DNA of 64,000 bases from Pseudomonadota bacterium (lineage in GTDB: Bacteria; Bdellovibrionota_B; Oligoflexia; Oligoflexales; CAIYRB01). The notes under the pieces are model-generated. The model saw nothing but the letters and a program-made list of their open reading frames with translations. It was not told where the DNA came from and searched no databases. Position 1 is the stretch's first letter. Every line of letters starts with the position of its first letter. The translations under genes were made by a program, and so were the position numbers. The stretch covers positions 16,821-80,820 of the forward strand of contig JANOTL010000040.1 in assembly GCA_031416315.1 (NCBI GenBank), read 5' to 3'. Positions 38,235 through 48,533 of this stretch are shown here, piece by piece.

Positions 38235-40493
38235 ATGCCCGTCCAGTCACGAGTCTCCCGTCTTCGGGTTGTCAGCCTGTTGCTCATCGCGATGCTGGCG
38301 GCCTTCGCCGCCCCGGCGGCGACCGCCCGCGTGCACGTCGACGCCGACCGCCTGTTCGTCGACGGCGATGCCACGCCCTTCCTCTTCGGCGCCGAGACGC
38401 AGTATTTTCGCGTCCGCGGCGGCCCCGGCCGCAACGTCCCCCGCGCCGAGGTCGAAAGGCTCTGGGACAAGCTCCTCGACCGCGTCGCCGAGGCCGGCAT
38501 GAACACCGTGACGTTCTACGTGCCCTGGGACTTTCACGAGCCGGTCGAAGGCGTCTTTGATTTCGACGGCACCCTCGACCAGGACGGCGACGGCAACGCC
38601 GACTACCCTTCGCGCGACCTGCGCGGGTTCCTCCGCAAGGTCGAGGCGCGCGGACTGCGCAATGTGATGTTCCGCCCTGGCCCCTACATCAACGCGGAAT
38701 GGGGACCGACCGGCTTCGGCGGTATCCCCCTCTGGTTCATCGAGACCTATCCCGAGGCGATGGCCGTGAGCCGCGCCTCGGATCGCGCGCGCGTCGCCAC
38801 GTACGGCCACCCCGTCTACCAGGCGAAGGTGCGCCGCTGGTTCGAAGAGCTGTACACGCGCGTGCTTCGCGACTTCGTCGGACCCGGGAAGGCGATCGCC
38901 TTGCTGCAGCTGGACAACGAGACGAACTTCTTTTGGGACTCCGTCTACCAACGCGACCTGAGCCCCGTCGCCATCGGTCGCTATCACGACTTCCTCCGGC
39001 AGACCTACGGCGGCGATCTCGGCCGCCTGCGCCAAGCGTACGGGACGAGTCTCGGCGATTTCACCGACGCCCGGCCGCCCGCGAGCGCGGAGGACCGCGC
39101 GTACGGCGGCTGGTGGGTCTGGCACTACGACTGGTTCACGTTCCACGACGAAGAGATCCGCGAGTACTACCGTTGGCTGCGCGCGATCTGGGACGATCTC
39201 GGCCTTCGTGAGCCGACCGTGCTCTTTACGAGCTGCGACTCGTGGAACGCGCCTTATCAGGGGCTTCTACCGCGCCTGGATTACCGGCAAGGCGGTCGAT
39301 TGACCCTGAGCACTTTGAACATCTACCCGAAGACCTACGGCACCCAGGAGCAGTCGACCCTCAACGCGCCCATGAAGGCGGCGCACGATGCGCGCCTCTT
39401 CTCGGCCTCGCACCGGCAGTTCTACGGCACGGCAGGCAACTGGCTCATGTCGACCGAGACGGTCGGCGGCTGGTTTCCGCCTACGGAGGTGAGCCTCGCC
39501 TCGCGCCAGCACAGCTACGCTTCGCTCATCGGTAACGGCGTCAAGGCGATGATCATCTACTACTTCCACGAGGGCTTTAACTGGGACGGGCGTGAGCGTC
39601 AGGACAGCGAGCTCGCGTTCGACGCTCCCCTCGACAAGGACCTTAACGCTCGTCCGGCCTTTGGCCTCTTGAAGGCTTTCGGCGAAGCACTCGCCGGCGG
39701 ACTCGGCGACCTCGTCGTCCGCGGCGCGCCGCCTCCGAGCTCCGTCCTCATCGCGCGCGATACAACGGCGCTTTATCAGATCCCGGGGGAGCCCGATGCC
39801 GCCGCAGTCGCATCGTTCGACTCGGGTGCGCTCTTCGGCGTGCTGCGCGCGGCCGGAGCCGTACCGGACGTCGCCTTCGTGGACCGAATGTCCGATCACG
39901 AGCTAGCGCGTTACCGCCTCGTCGTTTGGCAGCACCCAGGTTATCAATCCGCAGAGGCCGCGATGCGTCTGCGCACCTACGCCGAGCGCGGCGGCACGAT
40001 CGTCGTCATCGGCGACCAGAGTAACGAGCTGGGTCTACCCTGGTCCGACCGCGTCCTGCGACTCGACGGGAACCCGGCGATCGGCTGGAATTCGGACGAC
40101 TACGTGCGCTTGCCGCGTGCGAACGACGCCCTCAACTGGGCGAATGCCGTTCTCGATCAAGCGGGAATCGCGCGCGACGTCATCGTGCGCGCCGGCGGAG
40201 CGGAGACGCACGTCCATGGTTGGTTGTGGCAGGGCCAAGCAGGCGCGATGCGCGCGTCCTCGACGCTACTCTATCTCGAGAATTTCCTGCGCGAAGGCGG
40301 GACGGCACGCGTCGCCATCGCCCGACGCCATTTACCAGGCGCTGCGCGCGTGCGCTTGACGCGCGTTGCTGGCGCCTCGACGACTTCGGTGCCGATGAGT
40401 ATCGAGATCGGCAGGGAGGAGCTGGCGACGACGGGGGTGGAGTTGCCGGTCGGCGCGGATGGGGTCGACATCTGGGTCGTCGCAACGCCGTAG
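38235..40493 (+). CDS. Secreted GH35-like beta-galactosidase
   Basis: YFRV, GMNTV.FYVPW..HEP, RPGPYINAEW, QLDNE, TE..GGWF; signal peptide. Confidence 0.85.
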   Translation: MPVQSRVSRLRVVSLLLIAMLAAFAAPAATARVHVDADRLFVDGDATPFLFGAETQYFRVRGGPGRNVPRAEVERLWDKLLDRVAEAGMNTVTFYVPWDFHEPVEGVFDFDGTLDQDGDGNADYPSRDLRGFLRKVEARGLRNVMFRPGPYINAEWGPTGFGGIPLWFIETYPEAMAVSRASDRARVATYGHPVYQAKVRRWFEELYTRVLRDFVGPGKAIALLQLDNETNFFWDSVYQRDLSPVAIGRYHDFLRQTYGGDLGRLRQAYGTSLGDFTDARPPASAEDRAYGGWWVWHYDWFTFHDEEIREYYRWLRAIWDDLGLREPTVLFTSCDSWNAPYQGLLPRLDYRQGGRLTLSTLNIYPKTYGTQEQSTLNAPMKAAHDARLFSASHRQFYGTAGNWLMSTETVGGWFPPTEVSLASRQHSYASLIGNGVKAMIIYYFHEGFNWDGRERQDSELAFDAPLDKDLNARPAFGLLKAFGEALAGGLGDLVVRGAPPPSSVLIARDTTALYQIPGEPDAAAVASFDSGALFGVLRAAGAVPDVAFVDRMSDHELARYRLVVWQHPGYQSAEAAMRLRTYAERGGTIVVIGDQSNELGLPWSDRVLRLDGNPAIGWNSDDYVRLPRANDALNWANAVLDQAGIARDVIVRAGGAETHVHGWLWQGQAGAMRASSTLLYLENFLREGGTARVAIARRHLPGAARVRLTRVAGASTTSVPMSIEIGREELATTGVELPVGADGVDIWVVATP

Positions 40494-40820
40494 CCGACCG
40501 CAGTTACGAGCTGGACGCAAACGTGGCCGTAGACCTAGGCGTGGTGCCTGGGCGTGATCGTGATCCCTCGCGTCGATCTGGACGTCGACGGTCGACGTGG
40601 ACCTGGCACTTCCCCGCCGGAAACGGAAGGTCAGTTACGCACACTCAGCGATTAGCTGCCGCTCGTAGCACTCTGGACTGAAGTGTGGCCACGCGTTGCA
40701 CGAGATCGGCGCCGAAGTCACGGAGCATCGCGAATATGTGCCAGCTAAAATCGTCGTCTAGCGTCACGAGCGCATGAAATACGGCTGCCGTCGCACCGCT
40801 GTTAGGCTCTAACCGCGGAA

Positions 40821-42080
40821 TCAGGCAACACGCCGCCCCTGCGCACGGACGAGGTCTTCCAAAGCCGCCACGGCCACTTGCAGCCCGTCTTCGGTCGCCA
40901 TGACGGACGCGACCTGCCGAGCGTTCCTCGCCATTTTCGGGTTCGCCTCAACGGCCTCCAGTCGCTCCTTCAGACGTGACACTGTCACTTCTGCTAGGCG
41001 TAGCGGCTTTGGGGCTACGCCGAGGCGTTGCAAACATTGCGCCCAATAGTATTGGTCGGCTCCGTGCGCGACGACGATCGACGGCACGCCGGCCCGTGTC
41101 GCGGCCGCGGAGGTTCCAGCGCCACCGTGATGAATTACGCAACGAGCGTTGCGAAAGAGTTGGTCATGCGGGACGTAGTCTATGAAAAGGACGTCGTCAC
41201 GCGCATCCTTCTGCTGAAGCCCGGCCCAGCCGCTCTGGATGACGGCTCGAAGGCCGACACCGCGGATCGCGGCGATTAGGCTCGTCGTCATCTCCTCCGC
41301 ATTGTTGCTCCCCATTGAGCCGAAGGTCACGACGACTGGCGCCGGACCTTTGGCAAGAAATGCGTCGAGTGCAGGGTTTGAGGCGGAGGGTTCCTTGAGG
41401 TCCCAGCTACCTGAAACGATCGTCTTCGGCGCAAAGGTCTTCGGCACTACCGCCACCGCCGGAGAGGCGGCGATTATGTTTAGGTGTGGAGATGTCATCC
41501 AAGTCCAGTGCCCCTTTCGAGGAATGCCTAAGCCGGCGCAGAACTTGGCGACGCGTTTGAACAGGAATCGGTCTTGCACCCAGGTCGAGACCTTCCAAAG
41601 CGCCTTGTTTACGGCCGGTCCGAAGTCGACGAGCCGCTCGTAGTGTGGCGCCCAGTCTTCATTGGGGACGACAAACGGGCAGTAGCCGACGGTCACCCAG
41701 GGAACCCCGTTCTTGATCGCGGCGAGCTGCCCCGGGAAATCCATGTGATGACAGACGATCACGTCAGCGCCGCGCGTTGCTTCGATGCAGTCGCGAAACC
41801 GCTGCTCACCATCGTTGAGAAACATGTCGATCAAAAATTTGAGCTGTGTGCGCATGTTGTTTTTGCGCCGCAGGGCCGCGTCGTTCTCTCCGTTGAGAGC
41901 GCTCCTCGTAACATCGGGCGCGACGGCCCGAAACTGGACTCCGGCAGCGAGACATTTCGGTCCGTGCAGCTTGTAAGAGCAAATGGTCGTGTCGTGACCG
42001 CGCGCAGCAAGCGCTTTGCTGAGAGCGATGAACGGTTGAACGTCACCGGCCGTGCCAATGGCTGTGAATACGACTTTCAT
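40821..42080 (-). CDS. GT1-family glycosyltransferase (sterol/aglycone UDP-glycosyltransferase-like)
   Basis: GTAGDVQP, FGSM, HHGGAGT, DQYYW. Confidence 0.9.
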   Translation of the reverse strand: MKVVFTAIGTAGDVQPFIALSKALAARGHDTTICSYKLHGPKCLAAGVQFRAVAPDVTRSALNGENDAALRRKNNMRTQLKFLIDMFLNDGEQRFRDCIEATRGADVIVCHHMDFPGQLAAIKNGVPWVTVGYCPFVVPNEDWAPHYERLVDFGPAVNKALWKVSTWVQDRFLFKRVAKFCAGLGIPRKGHWTWMTSPHLNIIAASPAVAVVPKTFAPKTIVSGSWDLKEPSASNPALDAFLAKGPAPVVVTFGSMGSNNAEEMTTSLIAAIRGVGLRAVIQSGWAGLQQKDARDDVLFIDYVPHDQLFRNARCVIHHGGAGTSAAATRAGVPSIVVAHGADQYYWAQCLQRLGVAPKPLRLAEVTVSRLKERLEAVEANPKMARNARQVASVMATEDGLQVAVAALEDLVRAQGRRVA

Positions 42081-42344
42081 TCTTCACCTCCGAGATCGCC
42101 CTATCTTTCGGAGTCCCGGCGAGAAGTCTCCATCTCGCTGCGAAATTAAGACAATATTTCAACAGTTTAACTAGAATTTCGAAGGCGCCCCATGCCGCTG
42201 CGCTTGCGACGAGCTCGACTGAATTCCATGATCTCCGTGGCGGATGCATGAAGAACCTCGCACGTGAGGGATCACGATCACGCACAGGGGATAGGCACAC
42301 GTCAACGTTGACTTCGTCGCTTACGTGGCCCTACGTGTTGCGCG

Positions 42345-43631
42345 CTACACTGCCGCCCGCCGGAGCTTCGCGTCGGAGTAGACAGCGAACACGATGATGA
42401 CTCCCTTCACCACCATCTGCCAGTTCGACGAGATCTCGAGCATGTCCATGCCGCTGTTCAAGGTGCCGATGATGAAAGCGCCGACGACCGAGCCGATCAC
42501 AGTGCCGACGCCGCCCGTCAGCGAGGCGCCGCCGATGACCGCCGAAGCGATCGCGTCGAGCTCGAGGAGCTGGCCCTCGGTCGGCGTCGCTGAGTTCAGG
42601 CGTCCGGCGAGGATCAGGCCGCAAACGCCGGAAAGGGTGCCCATCAGCGCGTATACGCCGATCTTCACCTTGGTGACGGGCAGGCCGGAAAGCACGGCAG
42701 CGTGCTCGTTGCCGCCGATGGCATAAAGCGAGCGGCCGAAGACCGTGTGTCGCGCGAGCAGCGCGAACGCCACGGCGACCACCGCCAAGATGGTCGTCGG
42801 CATCGGCAGGCCGCGGTCGCGGAGGAAGACGACGGCCGCCGTGACGGCGAACGCCGCGCCGAGGAGGAGCTCCGGTGTGATCCACGACGTCAAGCGGCTC
42901 CGCGATTGGCACAGCGCCTTGACGCGCGGACCGGCGATGAGCGCGATGCCGACCGCGAGCGCCGCCACGGCGACGTAACCCGGGAGGAAGCCGCCGCCGG
43001 CGAAACGGATCGACGCCGACACCGGCGCGATCGCCGACGAGTTCGACAGGATGAGCGCCAGCCCGCGCGCGATGACCAACATCCCGAGCGTGATCACGAA
43101 CGGCGTGATCTTGAACCGGGCGATCAGCGCCCCGCTCGTCACCCCCGTGAGTAGGCCGGTCCCGATCGCCGCGGCAAAGGCCAAAACCACGCCGTCCCCG
43201 CCCGTGGCCCGGTCCACCAAGCCGAGCGCGACGCCGCTCAAGGCAACGACCGAGCCGACCGAGAGATCGATCCCGCCCGTCAGGATGACGAGCGTCATGC
43301 CGACCGCGAGGACGCCGGTGACCGCCACCTGGATCGTCAGGTTCGTGAGGTTGCGCGCGCTGAGAAAGCTGAGATCGCTCGAGGTGAGCGAGGCGCCGAC
43401 GCTCTTCAGGACTTCCGCCCACGAGACGTCGCCAGCGAACGCCTGCGCATACAGCTCGCGCAGATCGGTGTTGACGAGCCGTCCGAGCAGCTCGAAGCCG
43501 ACGAGTAAGGCGAGCAGCGCCAACAAGAGCGAATGCCGGCGCCAGTCGCGCCACGCATTCGGCGGCGCCGGGGCCTTCGCGGCATGATCCGTGAGACTCG
43601 TGTCGACGGCGCCGGACGTGGGCATGGCCAT
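42345..43631 (-). CDS. xylH: Monosaccharide ABC permease (XylH-like)
   Basis: GGIDLSVGS, FGRSLYAIGGN, ELDAIASAVIGG. Confidence 0.75.
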   Translation of the reverse strand: MAMPTSGAVDTSLTDHAAKAPAPPNAWRDWRRHSLLLALLALLVGFELLGRLVNTDLRELYAQAFAGDVSWAEVLKSVGASLTSSDLSFLSARNLTNLTIQVAVTGVLAVGMTLVILTGGIDLSVGSVVALSGVALGLVDRATGGDGVVLAFAAAIGTGLLTGVTSGALIARFKITPFVITLGMLVIARGLALILSNSSAIAPVSASIRFAGGGFLPGYVAVAALAVGIALIAGPRVKALCQSRSRLTSWITPELLLGAAFAVTAAVVFLRDRGLPMPTTILAVVAVAFALLARHTVFGRSLYAIGGNEHAAVLSGLPVTKVKIGVYALMGTLSGVCGLILAGRLNSATPTEGQLLELDAIASAVIGGASLTGGVGTVIGSVVGAFIIGTLNSGMDMLEISSNWQMVVKGVIIVFAVYSDAKLRRAAV

Positions 43632-43634
43632 GGA

Positions 43635-45140
43635 CTAGTTTCTCCCGACCGCAAGACGCATGATGGCCTCCGAGCTCACCTCAGGCCCCGTTAACGAGCC
43701 GGCAAGCTCGCCTTCCCGCATCACCATGACGCGGTGGCAGAGGCCGACCAACTCGAGCAGCTCCGACGAGACGACGATGACGGCGACGCCGTCCAAAGCC
43801 AGCTCGCGGAGCAAGGAATAGATCTCGAACTTCGCGCCGACGTCGACGCCGCGCGTCGGCTCGTCGAGCATGAGGACCTGCGGCTTGATCGCGCACCACT
43901 TGGCGATGGCGACCTTCTGCTGGTTGCCGCCGGAAAGTGCCGAGACCCGCACCTCGTCGTGCGGCGCCTTGATGCGTAGGCGCCGCATCATCGTCTCCGA
44001 GAGCACGCGCTCCGCCTGAAGGTCCAGGATTCCCTGGCGCGAGATGCGGCCGAGGGAGGCCATCGAGATGTTCTCGCGGATCGACATGCCGATATGCAGA
44101 CCCGTGCGCTTGCGGTCCTCGGTCACTAAGCCGACCCCGCCTTGGCGACCCTGCGCAGGCTTGCCGGCTAGCTCGAGATGGCCCGTCCGCTTGAAGTCGG
44201 GATGTCCCATAATCGCGTAGAGGAGCTCCGTGCGGCCGGCGCCCATCATCCCGCCGATGCCTAGGATCTCGCCCGGGAAGGCCTCGAAGCTGACGTTGCG
44301 CACGAGCGACTTCGCGTTGTTGGCCGAGCGCACGCCGAGGGCAGCGGCGCGCAGCATGGGCGCGGTCGCCGTCGCGACAGGCTTCTGCGGAAACAGGCTC
44401 TCCATGGGCCGTCCGACCATCATCGTAATCAGGTCTTCGCGCGTCAGCTCGGCGACCCGCCCGCCGCCGACCGTGCGGCCGTCGCGGAGGACGGCGACGC
44501 GGTCGGCGAGCTGGAACACCTCGTCGAGCTTGTGGGAGATGTAAATGCAAGCCGTTCCAGCGCGCCGGAGCTCGCCGACGAAGCTGAAAAGGCGCTCGAC
44601 CTCGCGGTCCGAAAGCGCGGACGTCGGCTCGTCCAGGATCAGGATCTTGGCTTTGGTGAGCAGCGCCCGCGCGATCTCGACCATCTGCCCGTCGCCGACG
44701 GAGAGGTCACGGATGCGGGCGTCGGCGCCGAACGAGACGCGTAGGCCCGCTAGGATCTCGCTCGTGCGACGGCGCATCGCGGCCCAGTCGACGAGCCCGA
44801 GCCGCGTCCGCGGGTAGCGGCCGACGAACAGGTTCTCGACGACCGTGAGATCGCCGAAGAGATTGAGCTCCTGATGGATGATCGCAACGCCGGCGCGCTC
44901 CGCGTCTCGGGTTCCGCCGAACGCGACCAACTCACCGTCCCGGTAGACGGAGCCACCGTAAGTTCCGTGCGGATAGACGCCGGACAAGACCTTCATCAAG
45001 GTCGACTTGCCAGCGCCGTTCTCGCCGACCAAGGCCAGCACCTCGCCCCCCGCCAGCGTGAAATCCACGCCGGAGAGCGCCCGCACGCCCGGGAAATCCT
45101 TGATGATGCCCCGGGTCTCTAGGACGGGCGTCGGCTGCAT
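43635..45140 (-). CDS. xylG: Monosaccharide ABC ATPase with duplicated domain (XylG-like)
   Basis: GENGAGKSTL, SGVYPHGTY, LSGGNQQK, DEPTRGVDVGAK. Confidence 0.8.
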   Translation of the reverse strand: MQPTPVLETRGIIKDFPGVRALSGVDFTLAGGEVLALVGENGAGKSTLMKVLSGVYPHGTYGGSVYRDGELVAFGGTRDAERAGVAIIHQELNLFGDLTVVENLFVGRYPRTRLGLVDWAAMRRRTSEILAGLRVSFGADARIRDLSVGDGQMVEIARALLTKAKILILDEPTSALSDREVERLFSFVGELRRAGTACIYISHKLDEVFQLADRVAVLRDGRTVGGGRVAELTREDLITMMVGRPMESLFPQKPVATATAPMLRAAALGVRSANNAKSLVRNVSFEAFPGEILGIGGMMGAGRTELLYAIMGHPDFKRTGHLELAGKPAQGRQGGVGLVTEDRKRTGLHIGMSIRENISMASLGRISRQGILDLQAERVLSETMMRRLRIKAPHDEVRVSALSGGNQQKVAIAKWCAIKPQVLMLDEPTRGVDVGAKFEIYSLLRELALDGVAVIVVSSELLELVGLCHRVMVMREGELAGSLTGPEVSSEAIMRLAVGRN

Positions 45141-45143
45141 GAT

Positions 45144-46136
45144 TCACCGCCCGTAAACGGCCTCTTTCGTGTGGAAGCCGTAGGCGACGATCTGCGTGTC
45201 GACGTTCGCCTTGTCGACGGGGAACACCGGCGTATTGATCGTCGGCACGGCCTTCGTGCCGTTGTCGTAGGTCGTGTCGGTGGCCGGCTTCTCGCCTTTG
45301 GCGAGCGCGACGGCGAGCTTGGCGGCGGACTCCGCGAGCGGCTTGATCGCCTTGAGAACCTCGAACTGCTGCTTGCCCGCGACGATGTTGCGGATCGCGC
45401 CTAGGTCGGCGTCGGCGCCGGCGACGAACACCTTGCCGGCGAGGCCCTGCTGGTCGAGCGCCTGCACCGCGCCATTGGCCATGCCGGAGTTGTTGGCGAG
45501 AACGGCTTGGATGTCGTTCTTCTGCTTCGCCAGGACGTTCTCGATCGTCGCCATGGCTTGCGAGGCGGCCCAGGCGTCGTGGCTTTGTTGCGAGACGACC
45601 TGGATGCCCTTGTGCTCCTTCAGGACGTCGAGGTTGCCGCGGGTGATCTCGGCGGCGACGGAGTGGCCGGCCTGGCCCGAGAGGATCACGACCTTGCCCT
45701 TGCCGCCGAGCGCCTTGACGGCGGCTTCGGCCTGCATCTTGCCGACGGCGTAGGAGTCTTGGGTCACGTAGTAGTCGAGATCGGCCTTGTTGATAACGCG
45801 GTCGTAGGCGATGACCGGAATGCCGGCCTTGTGGGCCGCCTCGACGAACGGCGCGGCGGCGTCGGAGTTCACCGGCTGAATGACCAGGGCCTTGATGCCC
45901 TTAGAGAGCATATTTTCGACCTTCGAGGCCTGGGTGCGCTCGGAGTTGTCGCAGGCGGCAAAGACGACTTTGGCGCCCAAGCGTTTGGCCTCGTCCTCGA
46001 AATACGCGCGATCCTTGGCGTAGCGCTCCTCTTGGAGGCTGGAGAGCACGAAACCGATCTTGAGATCCTCGGCGCGGGCCGTGAGGGTGAAAAGGGTCGT
46101 GGCAAGCAACGTGGCGGCGATCGATCGTCCAAACAT
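45144..46136 (-). CDS. xylF: Sugar-binding periplasmic protein (XylF-like)
   Basis: LQEERYAKDR, VIAYDR, VAGADAD, KAIKPLA. Confidence 0.75.
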   Translation of the reverse strand: MFGRSIAATLLATTLFTLTARAEDLKIGFVLSSLQEERYAKDRAYFEDEAKRLGAKVVFAACDNSERTQASKVENMLSKGIKALVIQPVNSDAAAPFVEAAHKAGIPVIAYDRVINKADLDYYVTQDSYAVGKMQAEAAVKALGGKGKVVILSGQAGHSVAAEITRGNLDVLKEHKGIQVVSQQSHDAWAASQAMATIENVLAKQKNDIQAVLANNSGMANGAVQALDQQGLAGKVFVAGADADLGAIRNIVAGKQQFEVLKAIKPLAESAAKLAVALAKGEKPATDTTYDNGTKAVPTINTPVFPVDKANVDTQIVAYGFHTKEAVYGR

Positions 46137-46239
46137 GGTCGTCCACTCCTGACGGTGATGCAGGTCTTCAAGCCTATGGGGGGCGACTAGGTCTAACGCG
46201 ACTGGACCGCCTCGACAACGAAGATCGGACGGCCTTTTC

Positions 46240-48225
46240 TTAGTGGCAGTCGGAGTCGGGGACGAAGCGGATCGCCTGCCCGCCGCCCGGGGCCAGATCC
46301 AGGGTTAGGATGGTGTCCCAGCGCACTGCCCGGTGCTCGATCGCGTACGCCAAAGGCCTCGACTCGAAGTGGGCGTCGGCAGCATCGCGATAAATTTCAG
46401 CGCAGTACGACCGATCGACCGCGAGAAAGCCGAGCCCGATCTCGAGGCGGCGGCCGGCTTCGGCCGTAATGCTGCCCAGAAACCATTCGTCCGACCCCCG
46501 CTTGCGCCTGGCGATTGTGACGTACTCTCCGATCACTCCGTCGAGTGGCCGGGTTTCCTCCCAGTCGACCGCGACGTCGCGAATGAACTGGAAGGCCGGG
46601 TGGCCCGCGTAATTCTCGGGTAGATCGGCCGCCATCTGGAGCGGGCTGTAGATCACGACGTAGAGCGCCAGCTGCTTCGCCAGAGTCGTCCGCGGGCGGC
46701 TGACGCCGGGTCGCCCGCTCGCGAGCAGGTCGAAGATCCCCGGCGTGTAGTCGAAAGGGCCCGCCAGCATGCGCGTGAACGGCAGGATCGTCGTATGGCT
46801 CGGCGGATTGCCGCCGCCTTCGTCCCAAGCGTCCCACTCAGCGCCGCGTGCGCCCTCCCGCGTCATGAGGTTGGGATAGGTGCGTCGCAGACCGGTGTCT
46901 TTGATCGGCTCGTGGATGTCGAGCATGATGCCGTAGGCAGCGGCCTTTTCGGCCATAAGCTGGTGGTGCCGCACCATGAATTGCCCGTGATGCCACTCGC
47001 CGCCTTCGACCCGGTCGCCGACGTAGCCGGACTTCACCACGCGGACGCCCAGCTCACGGTAGAGCGCGAGCGCAGCGTCGACCTGACTCTCGTAATTGGC
47101 GATGGCGCCGGCCGTCTCGTGGTGGCCGACGAGCTCGACCCCGCGATCCCGGGCATAGGCCGCGACGTCTCGGAGATCGAAGTCGGGCGTCGGCGTAACG
47201 AAGTCGAAGTAAGGCCCCCAAGGACGGTCCCAGCCGAGGTTCCAGCCTTCGATGAGGACCGCAGGGATGCCGAGGCCCGCGGCGGAGTCGATGTAGCGTT
47301 TCGCGTTCTCGGTGGTGGCGCCGTGCGTCGGCCCGGGTCCCCACGTCAGCCGCCCTATGTGCAGGGCCCACCAGATACCGAGGTACTTCTGCGGGCGGAT
47401 CCAGGAGGTGTCGGCGAGTCGGTTCGGCTCGTTCAGGTTCAAGATCATCGCGCTGGCGAGGAGATCCACGGCGCGGCGGCCGATCTGAATGGTGCGCCAG
47501 GGGCTCGTGATCGGAGCGCGGCCCTTGACCTTCGCGCCGTCGGCCCAAGGCACCAGCTCCGCCTTCAAGAGGCCGCCGTCGCCGCCTTTAAGGGTCATGC
47601 TCGCGTAGTCGACGAGCGCGGCCTCGTGCACGGCATAGAAGCCGCCCTCGCCTTCGATCGTGAGCGGCGTATGCGCGAATTCTATTTCCGATAACGGCGT
47701 GTGCCGATAACGCTGCTCGTAGCGATCCTTTTGGAATGCCGGGATCCACCAGGCGCGGTGATCGGCGAAGGCGAACTCGGTGCGCTCCGCCGTCATCACG
47801 AAGTCTTCGAGGCCCGGCTGCGGCGGAACCTCGTAGCGAAACGCGACGCCGTCGTCGAACGCGCGAAAGACGAGGGTCATCGCGAGCGCGCTTGGCGTTG
47901 TCTGCCGCAGGTGCAGGCGCAACTCGTTGTATGCATTATTCACCGTCCGGCTCTCACCCCAAACCTGCTCCCAGGTCTCCTGGTGCTGGTCTCGCGTCGT
48001 GTCGACCAGCGCGAAATCCCGGTCAAGCTCGAGACCGCCTTGGAACGAAAGACCGAGCCGCGAGGGGCCGAGGACCTGGAATCCGTGCGCGCGGACGGCG
48101 TATCGGGGCACGCCCTCATCGACGCAAACGCCGAGGTCGATCGCACCGTCCGGCGAGGAGACGGTCTCGCCGCCCGCGCAATGGAGCGCCGCGATCGCCG
48201 AGAATGCGAGGGCCGGGATCGTCAT
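46240..48225 (-). CDS. GH97 glycoside hydrolase (SusB-like alpha-glucosidase)
   Basis: KYLGIWW, IEGWN.GW, HHET, TREGARG.E, DYTPGIF, SPLQMAAD; start uncertain. Confidence 0.92.
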   Translation of the reverse strand: MTIPALAFSAIAALHCAGGETVSSPDGAIDLGVCVDEGVPRYAVRAHGFQVLGPSRLGLSFQGGLELDRDFALVDTTRDQHQETWEQVWGESRTVNNAYNELRLHLRQTTPSALAMTLVFRAFDDGVAFRYEVPPQPGLEDFVMTAERTEFAFADHRAWWIPAFQKDRYEQRYRHTPLSEIEFAHTPLTIEGEGGFYAVHEAALVDYASMTLKGGDGGLLKAELVPWADGAKVKGRAPITSPWRTIQIGRRAVDLLASAMILNLNEPNRLADTSWIRPQKYLGIWWALHIGRLTWGPGPTHGATTENAKRYIDSAAGLGIPAVLIEGWNLGWDRPWGPYFDFVTPTPDFDLRDVAAYARDRGVELVGHHETAGAIANYESQVDAALALYRELGVRVVKSGYVGDRVEGGEWHHGQFMVRHHQLMAEKAAAYGIMLDIHEPIKDTGLRRTYPNLMTREGARGAEWDAWDEGGGNPPSHTTILPFTRMLAGPFDYTPGIFDLLASGRPGVSRPRTTLAKQLALYVVIYSPLQMAADLPENYAGHPAFQFIRDVAVDWEETRPLDGVIGEYVTIARRKRGSDEWFLGSITAEAGRRLEIGLGFLAVDRSYCAEIYRDAADAHFESRPLAYAIEHRAVRWDTILTLDLAPGGGQAIRFVPDSDCH

Positions 48226-48533
48226 CGTGTGGGTCGCTCCGAGCGTTGAGAGGGTGGATGACACAGACTATGCAGTGGATCGTGGTCTCGCGAAATGTTT
48301 TTCGTGCGCTGCTCGGACTAAACTGTGATGCGTTTACTCGCGCGCGTACGACTGCCCACGCACGGCTGGCGGCCCGGGCAGAGGACGGCCAGTTCGGTGC
48401 CCGCCGAAGTATCGGCATTCCGCATACTGACCTGCCTGGAATGAGCTAACACCCGCGCCTCCGGTTCTTGTAAGTTTCGCTCCCCCCTCAAAACCCTCGG
48501 GGGAACGAAACAAGCAAACCGGAGTCCTTCGTC

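Noticed and set aside
36116..38506. Long antisense or shadow ORFs (also 2197-3666, 18640-20598, 56279-58717 and others)
   Set aside because: Expected stop-poor mirror frames in high-GC DNA, opposite genes with clear motifs
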